Of a stretch of 64,000 bases of DNA, positions 17,536 to 27,595 are shown piece by piece. The position numbers and the translations under genes were made by a program. A model generated the notes under the pieces. It was not told where the DNA came from, searched no databases, and saw nothing but the letters and a program-made list of their open reading frames with translations. This stretch comes from an uncultured Candidatus Saccharibacteria bacterium (lineage in GTDB: Bacteria > Patescibacteriota > Saccharimonadia > Saccharimonadales > JALRHH01), in NCBI GenBank assembly GCA_964590315.1, contig CAZPVS010000001.1, positions 42,926 to 106,925 on the forward strand. The letters run 5' to 3'. The number at the start of each line of letters is the position of its first letter. Within the stretch, counting starts at the first letter, position 1.

Positions 17536-18048
17536 ATGGTCATGTATGCAATTAACCACGTGCCACTTATTAGCCTCGCAGATTCCACAACAGGATGCTG
17601 CACGCTTATCAATCCAAAAGAATGGGATGAACAGACGTTTATCTTCAAAAACAAACTGTTTGCCAAGGCTCAGACTCGGAGCTTCATGCATATACCGCTC
17701 AATATGTCTTCTGTCATGGCTAAGGCGCAAGCGCTCATTGACGCAGCCGGTGCACGGAGTGACGAATGGATGATTCTCAGTTACGAGAAGTCTCCGTGGA
17801 AGGCCGAGCATTTTTTTGCCGTAACGAAAGAAGTACCTGGTCTTGAAACAGAGGAGCTTTCAGGAACATATATGACCAAAGTGTTCGAAGGCCCCTACAA
17901 GGATGCCGGGCGGTGGTATAAACAGTTGCAGTCATACGTTCAGGAACGAGGCCAAAAACCCCTGAAGACCTACTTCTTCTATACCGTATGCCCCGGCTGC
18001 GCACAGAAGTATGGCAAGAACTATGTTATCGGGTTTGAGCAGATCTAG
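17536..18048 (+). CDS. hypothetical protein (weak GyrI-like effector-binding resemblance)
   Basis: The FEGPYKDAGRWYKQLQSYVQERG segment resembles the GyrI-like pattern. Low certainty. Confidence 0.4.
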   Translation: MVMYAINHVPLISLADSTTGCCTLINPKEWDEQTFIFKNKLFAKAQTRSFMHIPLNMSSVMAKAQALIDAAGARSDEWMILSYEKSPWKAEHFFAVTKEVPGLETEELSGTYMTKVFEGPYKDAGRWYKQLQSYVQERGQKPLKTYFFYTVCPGCAQKYGKNYVIGFEQI

Positions 18049-18102
18049 TACATACTTTTCCGTTCGCTCATACCCCTATATCTGTTATGCTATACGTACG
18101 GT

Positions 18103-18531
18103 ATGGCAATGCGCGATAAGGTAAAACTTGGACTGACATTTGTAGCACTGAGTGTGGCGTTATCTCTATTTGCCTGGAGTAGCTTAGTTAACTATATACG
18201 CCATACAGGCAAGCAACCGCTCCCAGTGGTAGCGACACTAGATACACCCCGGTCAGCTGAAGCCGTACTCCTATCTCAAGAACCGGTAGCGCCTGCGCCA
18301 GTAACACCACAAGCTGCCAACACAGCCCCGTACGCAGCAGCTCAACAGGACTGTGCTTCTCTGCAAAACACTGACCGCTCAGATGCTCGTGCGGCACAAT
18401 CACCATCCGTTCATTGCATGAGCGAGCAACGGACAACAAAAGGTACCACGCATGACACAGAGCAGGACAGCCAAGAACACGTCTATTCCGAAGTAAAGCA
18501 GATGGTGTCTCGTATCATATTTTCACTCTAA
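18103..18531 (+). CDS. hypothetical Pro/Ala-rich membrane-anchored protein
   Basis: N-terminal TM helix, then a low-complexity P/A-rich region. Confidence 0.35.
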   Translation: MAMRDKVKLGLTFVALSVALSLFAWSSLVNYIRHTGKQPLPVVATLDTPRSAEAVLLSQEPVAPAPVTPQAANTAPYAAAQQDCASLQNTDRSDARAAQSPSVHCMSEQRTTKGTTHDTEQDSQEHVYSEVKQMVSRIIFSL

Positions 18532-18684
18532 ATCGGCTCGGGCAATGCTCATATTGATTCCTGTGGCGCAGGTAACTATGTGACCGGTATCAAGTGCGTA
18601 TGGTGACGGTGGTCATGGCAGCATACAGAGGTGAGCGCATAATAGGAGATGACACGGCGTACCGTGTAGAGAGAGGAGTCCGTT

Positions 18685-19170
18685 ATGAGCAGTATTGTAC
18701 ACAGCAGTGAGAAGCACGAGCGTATTTACGAGTTCTTGCAAGAAAACCCTGTGGCAGTGCTTGCCACGGTTGATAACGCGAAGCAGCCGCACGGCTCCGT
18801 CATTTATTTTCATGTCGACGACAACTTCACCGTGACGTTTACAACAAAGCACGATACAAAAAAACACGAGAACCTGAAGCACTCGCCCAAAGTAATGCTG
18901 GTGGTTTTTGAAGCAGCCTCACAGACGGTTGTGCAGATATCTGGTGAAGCAGAGGCCCTGACTGACAAGGCAGACATCAATGATGTCTTCACCCATGCCC
19001 TTGCTGCATCAATGCGCACGAGCATGGCAGGATTACCGCCTATTTCTAAACTGCAGGCAGGAAATTATTCGGCGTATCGTGTTTCTCCGACTGAAATACG
19101 TATGGCGGTGTTTGCTCGGCCAGACTCAGGTGGGTACGAGTTATTCGAGACGGTTGACCTGGCCCGCTAG
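18685..19170 (+). CDS. pyridoxamine 5'-phosphate oxidase-like FMN-binding protein
   Basis: PVAVLATVDNAKQPHGSVIYF matches the split-barrel PNPOx family N-terminus. Confidence 0.65.
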   Translation: MSSIVHSSEKHERIYEFLQENPVAVLATVDNAKQPHGSVIYFHVDDNFTVTFTTKHDTKKHENLKHSPKVMLVVFEAASQTVVQISGEAEALTDKADINDVFTHALAASMRTSMAGLPPISKLQAGNYSAYRVSPTEIRMAVFARPDSGGYELFETVDLAR

Positions 19171-19850
19171 ACAGTAGCGCCGAGTTTTGATTCAAATTCA
19201 TCCAGATTATGGACGGTGATTTTTCCCCGACTGACTGCAAGCAGTGAATCGTTGATAAGTTTGCGCATCTCACGACTGACGGTTTCTCGTGATAGCCCGG
19301 CTCGGGAAGCAAGCTCGTTTTCGGATATGACGACCACGCAACTGGCGTCAGGCTTAATGTCACCAAATCGACGACATTGCACAAGTATTTCATACATCAG
19401 CCTGCCCTTTGCACTTCCTCCCATCAAATGCACCATGCGTCGCAAGATGCCGTCTGTCCCGGCATAGACTCGGCTCAATAAATCAAACAATATGTCAGGG
19501 TTTTCCTTAACGAAGGAAATAACTTCTTCAGGGCGGGCAATGGACACTTCGCAATCTTCAGATGCCTGGTAGAAATATTCATTCGGTGTATTATTGACTG
19601 CCCACGACATAGGAAAGAACGTGCCTGGCTTAAAAACATTTATAACAATCTCGTCACCGCGATACGACAAATCGTACTGTCTGATCAGTCCTTTTTTTAA
19701 ATAGAAGATGTATTGCGGGTCATCATTTGCAAACACGATTATTTGCCCCTTGTCATACTGGCGAACAGGGTATTTTGCAAAAAATTCGCTGAGTTGTGCG
19801 CTAATCGTGGTTTCCATTGCAGTCTCTTTACCTATTAGTGTGCGGCACAA
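19167..19850 (-). CDS. Crp/Fnr family transcriptional regulator
   Basis: cNMP-binding beta-roll plus a C-terminal HTH (ELASRAGLSRETVSREMRKL). Confidence 0.8.
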   Translation of the reverse strand: MCRTLIGKETAMETTISAQLSEFFAKYPVRQYDKGQIIVFANDDPQYIFYLKKGLIRQYDLSYRGDEIVINVFKPGTFFPMSWAVNNTPNEYFYQASEDCEVSIARPEEVISFVKENPDILFDLLSRVYAGTDGILRRMVHLMGGSAKGRLMYEILVQCRRFGDIKPDASCVVVISENELASRAGLSRETVSREMRKLINDSLLAVSRGKITVHNLDEFESKLGATV

Positions 19851-20176
19851 TCAATAGGGATGCAACCCCGAGTTGTAATGTGACCAGGATCATGGCGCAT
19901 GCATGACACAGGTCAAGGTGTTGATACAGTCCAGCTGTCATAGTAGAAGCTAGACAAGGAGGAGGGGACATGTTTCATGCTAAGCAACATAGCAAAACAA
20001 ACATATCACTAGAACTCGAGCTGGCGTTCACGAATCGGCGGCTCCTCAAGCACCATGTATGGGAAGAGGCACGTCGACACGGCTTACTATAATTGTCGAT
20101 GTAATATTTCCCGCTGCACCGTACAGGTACACATCCTAAACTAATAGATACCAGGTAGTGGTGAAAAGGAGGGTGT

Positions 20177-20446
20177 ATGAAGCATGTGCATCGATTGCCA
20201 AGCAGCAAGGATATTATTTGGCTGAGTAAACTCGCGACGTCGTACCCAGTCACACGTCGGCAGATTGTCCGGGTTGCACGCATGTGGAATTTCAAGAATG
20301 ATCTTATCGCGTTCCTTCGTTTATTTCCCCCCGACGAGATGTTTGAGTCACGTGCAGATTTTGTAACGCGCTGTGAGGACCTGACGATATTGATCAGGCA
20401 AGAGTGGGAATCACCCAAGGAAGTACTCCGTAGCCAACAAGACTAA
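20177..20446 (+). CDS. hypothetical protein
   Basis: ORF only. Confidence 0.3.
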   Translation: MKHVHRLPSSKDIIWLSKLATSYPVTRRQIVRVARMWNFKNDLIAFLRLFPPDEMFESRADFVTRCEDLTILIRQEWESPKEVLRSQQD

Positions 20447-20457
20447 ACATAATTATA

Positions 20458-20485
20458 TTGACAAATACACAAATATGTGTATAAT
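20458..20485 (+). promoter_or_regulatory. strong sigma70-like promoter (TTGACA-16-TATAAT)
   Basis: Consensus -35 and -10 boxes. Confidence 0.45.
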
Positions 20486-20547
20486 AGTAATTGTTATATC
20501 GCGGTAAAACAAACACCCTAAAACCAAAAAACAAGAAAGGATAAAAC

Positions 20548-20652
20548 GTGAGCGTATTTGCGCTTTCGCATCAGCTGGCATATGAATTATTGCCAGCCAC
20601 CAGTGAAGAAATTGTAAACCTCGATAGAGATTTCAATGACATTTACTGCTAA
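20548..20652 (+). CDS. candidate 34-aa peptide (GTG start, RBS aggataaaac), ending in Cys
   Basis: Sits downstream of the strong promoter and upstream of a bidirectional terminator. Below the ORF-track size cutoff. Confidence 0.25.
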   Translation: MSVFALSHQLAYELLPATSEEIVNLDRDFNDIYC

Positions 20653-20749
20653 GTTATGTTGATACAAGACATCAGACCCGCCAAAAGGCTTGGTCAAAAG
20701 AAATTACGGCGTACCAGCCGCACGAGGCACTACATTGTAGTCGCCGCAT

Positions 20750-20780
20750 AAAAAAGAAGCCCCGTTATGGGGCTTCTTTT
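20750..20780. terminator. bidirectional rho-independent terminator
   Basis: aaaaaagaagcccc-gtta-tggggcttctttt. Confidence 0.55.
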
Positions 20781-21213
20781 AGTGTCTAAACCCTAATAAA
20801 TCACCCAACCCTTGTACGACACGATTTGTGTCAGTCGTCACCCCGTGAAATTCGTCAAATTCCTGCAATGGCACCCATTCAGCTTCGTCGTGTTCGTGAC
20901 TCAGCTCGATAACATCGCTCGTGGCTAGTGCGGCGAGCCCATAGACAACAATCATTCTACCGGCGTGTTTGCCTGTAAGGATTTCGCGAGGCTTTAGTAT
21001 CATGGGCCACATGGTTAACATATCAACATCCTGCCCCGCTTCTTCCTGCACTTCGCGGTGGCCAGCTATGACAGCCGGTTCGCCTGGTTGTATGCCGCCA
21101 CCCGGAAACTCCCAGCACCCAACCTGTTGTCCTTCAGCACGCCGCAGTAATAATACGCGGTCTTCATACTGGACAGCAACGCGAGCCGAATGTATTGTTT
21201 CGTATGATGCCAT
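20779..21213 (-). CDS. NUDIX hydrolase
   Basis: Nudix box GGGIQPGEPAVIAGHREVQEEAG. Confidence 0.8.
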   Translation of the reverse strand: MASYETIHSARVAVQYEDRVLLLRRAEGQQVGCWEFPGGGIQPGEPAVIAGHREVQEEAGQDVDMLTMWPMILKPREILTGKHAGRMIVVYGLAALATSDVIELSHEHDEAEWVPLQEFDEFHGVTTDTNRVVQGLGDLLGFRH

Positions 21214-21244
21214 GATTAATTACCCGTTTTCTCTATTAAAACAC

Positions 21245-22189
21245 TTAGTATACTCCAGCTTTCCCAAACTGTTGAGCGGAAGGCGGTCGACGATCTGTTG
21301 CAATGCCCATGGCATCGAGTACGAACCGAGCGGAACGACGATCTGTAGGCATGTGGGCGATGCGGTCACTGCGCTCGTCAATATGAATCTCTGGGGCTTT
21401 CCCCGTGGCCGCGGTGAGCGCTCGGATTGATACATCTTCGTAAATTATCGGATCGGGGTGTCTGCCTCTTATCCAGAGGAGGCGTTCCGGTGTGGTGTTG
21501 AGCGGCTCCATATGGGCTCTTGATAAGTATTTGCACTCCGGTACGACCCGACTTGCCGGCGCTGAAGCAACAGAAGCAAAGTTGCGCCTTTGGAGAAACG
21601 CCCTCCCGTGGTGATCAAGCATGTAACTATAGCCAAGAATACCGACAGAAGTCAGTAGTGCACGTGGCCCGGGCCGTATGGCGCGTTTCCCAATTGGTGT
21701 GGCCCGAAACGCCATCGTAGAGACACGCGCCACCATATCATCCTTGCCATGTTCGAGACCGTAGCGAAGGAAATCCCACCCAAGTAATCCACCCATAGAT
21801 AATCCAAGAAGGAGTACTTCATCCGGGTTGCCGTCTTCTAGTTTTTGATAGGTCTTTTCAAATAAGCGGTGCGGATTAAAACCCGATTGTGGGGCAATCG
21901 GAGCGATAAGATCAACATGTTCATCCAGTTGGGAATAAAACCTGCCGGCAACATCTTGCGTACCCATGCAGAGGCCTCCCATAAGAACGAGTGTCTTGTG
22001 GACGGTTTCTCGCGTGTGCGTAATGACTTCAGGCTCGTCGGTCTCCGATAGGGATATACCGCGTTTGCCCATATAGTGGTCAAGGCTCAAGCCAGCCACC
22101 GTCATGCCAAGGGCCCCAACAGCAGAGGTCAGACCAACTGTAAGGAGTTGCTGTCTTCCGAATTCTGCATGTTTATTTGGGGTATCCAT
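21245..22189 (-). CDS. alpha/beta hydrolase fold protein
   Basis: GLSMGG nucleophile elbow (GxSxG). Confidence 0.7.
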   Translation of the reverse strand: MDTPNKHAEFGRQQLLTVGLTSAVGALGMTVAGLSLDHYMGKRGISLSETDEPEVITHTRETVHKTLVLMGGLCMGTQDVAGRFYSQLDEHVDLIAPIAPQSGFNPHRLFEKTYQKLEDGNPDEVLLLGLSMGGLLGWDFLRYGLEHGKDDMVARVSTMAFRATPIGKRAIRPGPRALLTSVGILGYSYMLDHHGRAFLQRRNFASVASAPASRVVPECKYLSRAHMEPLNTTPERLLWIRGRHPDPIIYEDVSIRALTAATGKAPEIHIDERSDRIAHMPTDRRSARFVLDAMGIATDRRPPSAQQFGKAGVY

Positions 22190-22253
22190 GGTGACATTTA
22201 CCCTTGTGCCTTGTTATACGCCACAAAATGCTTTTGTCAATAATATTCATGCA

Positions 22254-22303
22254 CTAAAAAGACGGACCGATGTCCGTCTTGCTGTTTCCATATGGTAGCG
22301 GCG
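22254..22303. repeat. 50-bp direct repeat (partner at 23524-23573) containing a terminator hairpin and a tRNA 3'-end-like tail
   Basis: ctaaaaagacggacCgatgtccgtcttgctgtttCcatatggtagcggcg versus the partner, with 2 mismatches. The gacggac/gtccgtc hairpin is followed by TTTT on the minus strand. Confidence 0.6.
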
Positions 22304-22375
22304 CTATTAACCACTTGAAACCTGATAAAGCGTGAACTGATTCTAGAGATTCTGGTTATTAGGCGAAAAATACTA

Positions 22376-23299
22376 TCATCGACTGATGCGCACTAAGCGC
22401 GTCTCGCCATTATAAATGACCTTCAAATCAATAATCTTTTCGTTGTTTCTAACGTCTGCTTTAATCTCACCTTGTCTTGTTATGCCTTTGTTTATATCAC
22501 CACCTAGGTCAGATTGCTTATACGGATAGTAGGCATAGTTGAAGGGTGGAACGTAACGAGTACTCAACAACGAATCATAATCAAAATGTGTTTGATCTGT
22601 CTTTAGCTCTCGTCCAGTGTCAGGTAATAATGAAATAGTAATCTTCGAGCTATCGATATTATTGCTGGCGGTCAGTTCATAATTAAGGCTTAGAGTTTGG
22701 TTGTCTGCGATATATTTATTAATCGAGTTACGTGAATCATTTCTCCACTCACAATATCGTCTAGTTGGGTTGTCTTTTTCCCACTGTTCTTCGTCGTGGA
22801 ATACCCATTTGCCCGTCGCCTCATTAAAGTAATCTTGTGGTTGATTATTATCTTCTGGATATTTTGAGCAATCCTCTCTTGCGGTCAAATCTCCATACCT
22901 GCTGATTTTTTCTTGCGGGACGTTAATCTCTACCGCCTTAAAAGATGGTTCTTTTACGGTTAGTACAAAATCTGAAAAATTAATTGCATCGCTAGTGGTA
23001 TAAATCTTATCGTTTAGGTGTTGCTGATACTTGTTGTAGGCAAAGAATCCGCCACATACTAGTAGGAGCAGTAGTATTGGTAATACAAGCCACTTAACGG
23101 ACTTCTTGCCCTTAGACCTCACGACATTTACTGCAAAAAACGCGTACGCAGATAGAAGGATTATTGAGCCCATAATCAGAGACATTCCGATAGTGCTAGA
23201 GGGGTCAATGAAAAAAGATGGTATTAGAATACCCAATATGAGTACAGTCAATCCGATAGCTACTAGATGTACGGGTTTTATATTCAGTCTTTTGCTCAT
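22376..23299 (-). CDS. hypothetical membrane protein (N-terminal TM helices + extracytoplasmic domain)
   Basis: The only gene lying between the two 50-bp direct repeats. Confidence 0.45.
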   Translation of the reverse strand: MSKRLNIKPVHLVAIGLTVLILGILIPSFFIDPSSTIGMSLIMGSIILLSAYAFFAVNVVRSKGKKSVKWLVLPILLLLLVCGGFFAYNKYQQHLNDKIYTTSDAINFSDFVLTVKEPSFKAVEINVPQEKISRYGDLTAREDCSKYPEDNNQPQDYFNEATGKWVFHDEEQWEKDNPTRRYCEWRNDSRNSINKYIADNQTLSLNYELTASNNIDSSKITISLLPDTGRELKTDQTHFDYDSLLSTRYVPPFNYAYYPYKQSDLGGDINKGITRQGEIKADVRNNEKIIDLKVIYNGETRLVRISR

Positions 23300-23523
23300 T
23301 GACTCATAGTATACAAGACTAATAAAAACCCTCTAGTGTGATTTTTGTGTCTCCGCATCAAGCTAAATAAACGTACCCTGTTCATTTAAATCGTGCTAAT
23401 TCGCACTGATATGTCAATGGAATCCACCAAGCCTTAGATAGTAGCTACGATTGCTGATTCCTTATAACTCTGTGGCGGTGTCTCATGCTACTTGCCCCGA
23501 GCAGGTATTGACTTGTCAGTTAA

Positions 23524-23573
23524 CTAAAAAGACGGACTGATGTCCGTCTTGCTGTTTTCATATGGTAGCGGCG
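23524..23573. repeat. 50-bp direct repeat, second copy
   Basis: See 22254-22303. Confidence 0.6.
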
Positions 23574-23604
23574 ACTAGGCTTGAACCACTGACCTCAGGC
23601 TTAT
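23563..23604 (-). pseudogene. degenerate 3' half of the tRNA-Met gene
   Basis: tggtagcggcgactaggcttgaaccactgacctcaggcttat resembles tRNA 23686-23762, but the T-stem no longer pairs. Confidence 0.4.
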
Positions 23605-23668
23605 ATTGCATATAAACTGCAGCCATGCTCGAAGCGAGCTTCTGCGCGTAGCTTTGTTTATGAGTCCT

Positions 23669-23782
23669 ACAATTCAGAACATTTTTGGTAGCGGCGACTA
23701 GGCTTGAACTAGTGACCTCAGGCTTATGAGTCCTGCGCTCTAACCAGCTGAGCTACGCCGCCCCAAAAATGTTCTGAATTGT
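23669..23782. repeat. 18-bp inverted repeats immediately flanking the tRNA-Met gene
   Basis: acaattcagaacattttt on one side and aaaaatgttctgaattgt on the other. Confidence 0.5.
23686..23762 (-). tRNA. tRNA-Met (CAU), elongator-like
   Basis: Reverse complement GGCGGCGTAGCTCAGCTGGTTAGAGCGCAGGACTCATAAGCCTGAGGTCACTAGTTCAAGCCTAGTCGCCGCTACCA. Closely resembles E. coli elongator tRNA-Met. Confidence 0.8.
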
Positions 23783-23786
23783 TAAT

Positions 23787-23812
23787 GCTCTAACCAGCTG
23801 AGCTACGCCGCC
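23787..23812 (-). pseudogene. partial duplicate of the tRNA-Met 5' end (acceptor + D-arm)
   Basis: gctctaaccagctgagctacgccgcc is identical to the 5' portion of the tRNA. Confidence 0.4.
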
Positions 23813-23860
23813 ATGAATAACAGGGGTTAATATAACAGATTTACGAGCGGTTGCATAGTG

Positions 23861-24373
23861 TTATAGAAACCGGACGATTTCGGCGTTGGCAAAGTGACCG
23901 GCACCACGGAAGGGAATTTCTGGGTTAACGACATGACGGAGGGCTCGGCCAGTTGAGCCGTGGCCGATAACGAGAATGGTATCGCCCGGGAGAGTCTGCA
24001 GCCACTCGTATGCTTGTTGGGCTCGGGCAAATAAATCCTGGCTTTTTTCCGCACCTTCAATGGTGTCCATGTCTATATCAGGGTAATACGGCTGCGCTTC
24101 CAGCACGCCGAATGTGCGCTCAATCAAGAGGTCGCTGGTGTAAATCTTTTCGGGTGGGTACCCGATACTTTCTGCAACAATCTCTGCTGTTTCAATAGCC
24201 CGGCTCATCGACGAAGCAGCAATACAGTCAATACCAAGTGATTGTGCTGCTTCACCAGCAAGTCGTGCTTGGTGACGGCCTTGTTCCGTTAAAGGTGTTT
24301 CGGTGCGTCCGGCGAATAGTCCTGCGATATTCAGCTCGGTTAAACCATGCCGCATAAAATAAAGTCTTCTCAT
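23861..24373 (-). CDS. histidine phosphatase family protein (phosphoglycerate-mutase-like)
   Basis: N-terminal RHG motif (MRHGLTELN). Confidence 0.7.
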   Translation of the reverse strand: MRRLYFMRHGLTELNIAGLFAGRTETPLTEQGRHQARLAGEAAQSLGIDCIAASSMSRAIETAEIVAESIGYPPEKIYTSDLLIERTFGVLEAQPYYPDIDMDTIEGAEKSQDLFARAQQAYEWLQTLPGDTILVIGHGSTGRALRHVVNPEIPFRGAGHFANAEIVRFL

Positions 24374-24391
24374 CCTGTAGAATTATAGAGT

Positions 24392-25267
24392 ATGAATATC
24401 AACATTGCACCGGGAACGTATGTGGTGGCCGTGTCCGGCGGGGTGGACAGCATGGTTTTGCTTGATGTGCTTCGGCAACAGCCAGGGGTAAAGCTCATTG
24501 TGGCGCATTTTGATCATGGCATCAGGCATGATTCTCGAAGCGATCGAGAACTGGTGCAGCAGACAGCAAAAAGCCATAGTTTGCCATTCGTGTATCACGA
24601 AGGCAAGCTTGGTCCGGCGGCGAGCGAAGATGAAGCACGCATCGCTCGATACGCGTTTTTGCATGCGGTGAAAGATGCCGCCCGCGCCCGAGCTATTGTA
24701 ACCGCCCATCATCACAATGACGCGCTCGAAACGGCTATCATTAATATGATGCGCGGGACGGGGAGAAAGGGTTTGAGCGCACTTAGTTCAACGGAAGCAC
24801 TCCACCGACCATTATTGCATCTGACCAAAGAGCACATCCATGCCTATGCCCGTGATCAGGGATTGGTTTGGCGAGAGGATAGCACGAATCAAGATACCCG
24901 CTACCTCCGGAACTACGTCCGGCATAAACTACTCGCTCAATTTACCGAAGCGGATAGGCATAAGCTGCGGGATATTATTGCGCACATAGAACAGACTAAT
25001 AGGGAGCTGGATACGGAACTAGTGCATTACCTGCATGTCCAGCCGGCACTCGATAGATTAAGCCGGCATGAGTTTGTGCGCTTGCCACACGCAGTGGCAA
25101 AAGAAGTGATGGCAACATGGTTGCGCCGACATGGGATACGCGATTTTGATCAAAAGATGCTCGAGCGACTGGTCGTCGGTGCCAAGACGTATCAGCATGG
25201 CAAGAAAATAGACGTGGTTAAAGGCAGGCACATTCATGTCAGCCGACACCATTTGGCACTCAGGTAA
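24392..25267 (+). CDS. tilS: tRNA(Ile)-lysidine synthetase
   Basis: PP-loop SGGVDSMVLL. N-type ATP-pyrophosphatase layout. Confidence 0.85.
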   Translation: MNINIAPGTYVVAVSGGVDSMVLLDVLRQQPGVKLIVAHFDHGIRHDSRSDRELVQQTAKSHSLPFVYHEGKLGPAASEDEARIARYAFLHAVKDAARARAIVTAHHHNDALETAIINMMRGTGRKGLSALSSTEALHRPLLHLTKEHIHAYARDQGLVWREDSTNQDTRYLRNYVRHKLLAQFTEADRHKLRDIIAHIEQTNRELDTELVHYLHVQPALDRLSRHEFVRLPHAVAKEVMATWLRRHGIRDFDQKMLERLVVGAKTYQHGKKIDVVKGRHIHVSRHHLALR

Positions 25268-25307
25268 CATGGGCGCTAGCATACGCCCTTAATACTCTGT
25301 ATAATAA

Positions 25308-27182
25308 ATGTCTATGGATAAAAAACCGTTTCGTATACAGAAGAGTGGTGGGGACCCCAAGCGCCGGGGTATGAAAAATGCAGGTTTCATTGCACTATTA
25401 GTGCTGTTTGGTCTGATTATTTTTGCGTCCTACGGCAATCAACAGAAACTTGAGGAAATTGCGCTGAGCCAAGTTGTCCAGCAGGCAAATGATGGCAAGT
25501 TCGAGAAGATTACCGTCAAGGGAAGTACACTTGAGATTACCAAGAAGGGCGAGCAAGATGCCACCCTCAAATCGTATAAGGACCCGCAGGCGAGCTTACG
25601 GGAAGAGGGTGTCAATTATGACAAGGTAACTGTTGATACCAAACCGGAATCTAATTCGGGTGATGTCTGGACAAGTCTTGGGCTAACCTTACTGCCAGTT
25701 ATCATCATTGTTGCCGTACTGGTGTTTATGATGCGAAGTGCCCAGGGTCAAGGCAATCAAGCACTCAGCTTTGGTAAGAGTCGCGCACGACTTTATGGCA
25801 ACGAAAAAGACAAAGTTACTTTCAAGGATATCGCAGGCTATGATGAGTCAAAGCAAGACTTACAGGAAGTCGTTGAATTCCTTAAATTCCCCAAAAAGTT
25901 TGAGGCAGTTGGCGCCAAGATCCCGAAAGGTGTGCTGCTGATTGGTCCTCCTGGTACTGGTAAGACGATGATTGCGCGAGCAGTAGCGGGCGAGGCTGAT
26001 GTACCGTTCTTTAGTATCTCCGGTTCAGAGTTTGTGGAAATGTTTGTTGGTGTTGGGGCATCTCGTGTTCGTGACTTGTTTGCCAAGGCCAAGAAGAATT
26101 CACCATGTATTATCTTCATTGATGAAATTGATGCGGTCGGCCGACGCCGTGGCTCCGGTATGGGTGGTGGTCATGATGAACGAGAGCAGACGCTGAACCA
26201 GATCTTGGTTGAGATGGATGGCTTTGAGCAGGGAACAAATGTCATCGTATTGGCCGCAACGAACCGCATGGACGTATTGGATCCTGCACTGCTTCGTCCC
26301 GGTCGTTTTGACCGTCGCGTGACTGTTGGACTACCGGATCGTCGGGAGCGAGAAGCAATTCTGAAAACGCATTTTTCCAAAAAGCCAGTCGCTAAATCTG
26401 TTGACCTTGACGCTTTGGCAGCGAAGACCGCTGGCTCTTCGGGTGCTGACTTGGCCAATATTGCCAACGAAGCGGCAATTCTTGCGGCACGCCATAACCG
26501 TAAAGAGATTACGCAAGCCGATGTGACCGGTGCCTTTGAAAAAGTTGCCATAGGTCCAGAACGCAAGGGCAAGATAATGAGCGAAAACGAGAAAGAGCTG
26601 ACCGCATATCACGAGGCAGGGCATGCCATTGTCGGACATGTTTTACCTGATAGTGACATGGTCCACAAAGTCACGATCATCCCCCGTGGTGGCACCGGTG
26701 GAGTCACCTGGTTTATTCCACCAGAAGACAAGAGCTACCATAGTATTATCGAGTACAAGGATGTGTTGGCGCGTATGTTGGGTGGCCGAGTTGCCGAAGA
26801 GGTTGTCTACGGCAAAGACCGCGTCACGACAGGTGCCGGTTCGGATCTGCAGAAAGCAGCAGAGCTTGCTCGTGAGATGGTCGTCAATCAGGGCATGGGT
26901 AAAAAGCTCCGTGACCAGGTATTCCACGTAGAAGAAGGTATGATGATTGAACGGATGGTGCACGAGAAACAGTATTCGGATGAAACTGCCAAAGTTATTG
27001 ATGACGAAGTAGAAGAGTTGATTACTGAGGCAGCCACTCGTGCTCGTGAGGTTATTAAGGCGAACAAGCCGAAACTTGAAGAGCTCATGAAAGTACTTCT
27101 TGAAAAAGAAACGGTTGAAGCTGAAGAGGTGATTGAGATCCTAAACGGTTCTATTCTTCCGAAAGCTGCTGCGCTCTACTAG
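25308..27182 (+). CDS. ftsH: ATP-dependent zinc metalloprotease FtsH
   Basis: Walker A GPPGTGKT, second region of homology, HEAGHA zinc motif and two N-terminal TM helices. Confidence 0.95.
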   Translation: MSMDKKPFRIQKSGGDPKRRGMKNAGFIALLVLFGLIIFASYGNQQKLEEIALSQVVQQANDGKFEKITVKGSTLEITKKGEQDATLKSYKDPQASLREEGVNYDKVTVDTKPESNSGDVWTSLGLTLLPVIIIVAVLVFMMRSAQGQGNQALSFGKSRARLYGNEKDKVTFKDIAGYDESKQDLQEVVEFLKFPKKFEAVGAKIPKGVLLIGPPGTGKTMIARAVAGEADVPFFSISGSEFVEMFVGVGASRVRDLFAKAKKNSPCIIFIDEIDAVGRRRGSGMGGGHDEREQTLNQILVEMDGFEQGTNVIVLAATNRMDVLDPALLRPGRFDRRVTVGLPDRREREAILKTHFSKKPVAKSVDLDALAAKTAGSSGADLANIANEAAILAARHNRKEITQADVTGAFEKVAIGPERKGKIMSENEKELTAYHEAGHAIVGHVLPDSDMVHKVTIIPRGGTGGVTWFIPPEDKSYHSIIEYKDVLARMLGGRVAEEVVYGKDRVTTGAGSDLQKAAELAREMVVNQGMGKKLRDQVFHVEEGMMIERMVHEKQYSDETAKVIDDEVEELITEAATRAREVIKANKPKLEELMKVLLEKETVEAEEVIEILNGSILPKAAALY

Positions 27183-27361
27183 CAAGTTACTTGGCCCGTA
27201 CATTACGGAAAGAAGCAGTAGATTTCCGTGTACACTTCCTAAAACTACAAAATATTTGTACGTCTTAGGAAGTGCCGGGAAGGAAGAGAAATATAACGTG
27301 GTTGAGTAGTGCGCGAGGCACCTCGGTTCGTTATATTTTCTCCCCTCCCGGAAACTCCCTG

Positions 27362-27595
27362 TCAGCTGGTGACGCGCTTCCTACGCCTCTTCTGCTTCTT
27401 GTACTCCTTTGACCTGTACCACTTGATGTAGTCTTCGGCTTGGTCCTTGACGTCACAAGGTGCAGAGCAGTCTTCGTCGTGACTCTTGACGAGCCTATTG
27501 GCCAAGTTGAGCGATTGCTGCTTCAAGCCGACGTAGTACATCACTTTCATGGCGACTATATTGCTTTTACCATCGCTTTTGTTCATGAACACCAC
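27362..27595 (-). CDS. hypothetical small basic protein
   Basis: ORF only. A possible 43-aa membrane ORF follows it on the same strand (~27659-27790). Confidence 0.25.
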   Translation of the reverse strand: MVFMNKSDGKSNIVAMKVMYYVGLKQQSLNLANRLVKSHDEDCSAPCDVKDQAEDYIKWYRSKEYKKQKRRRKRVTS

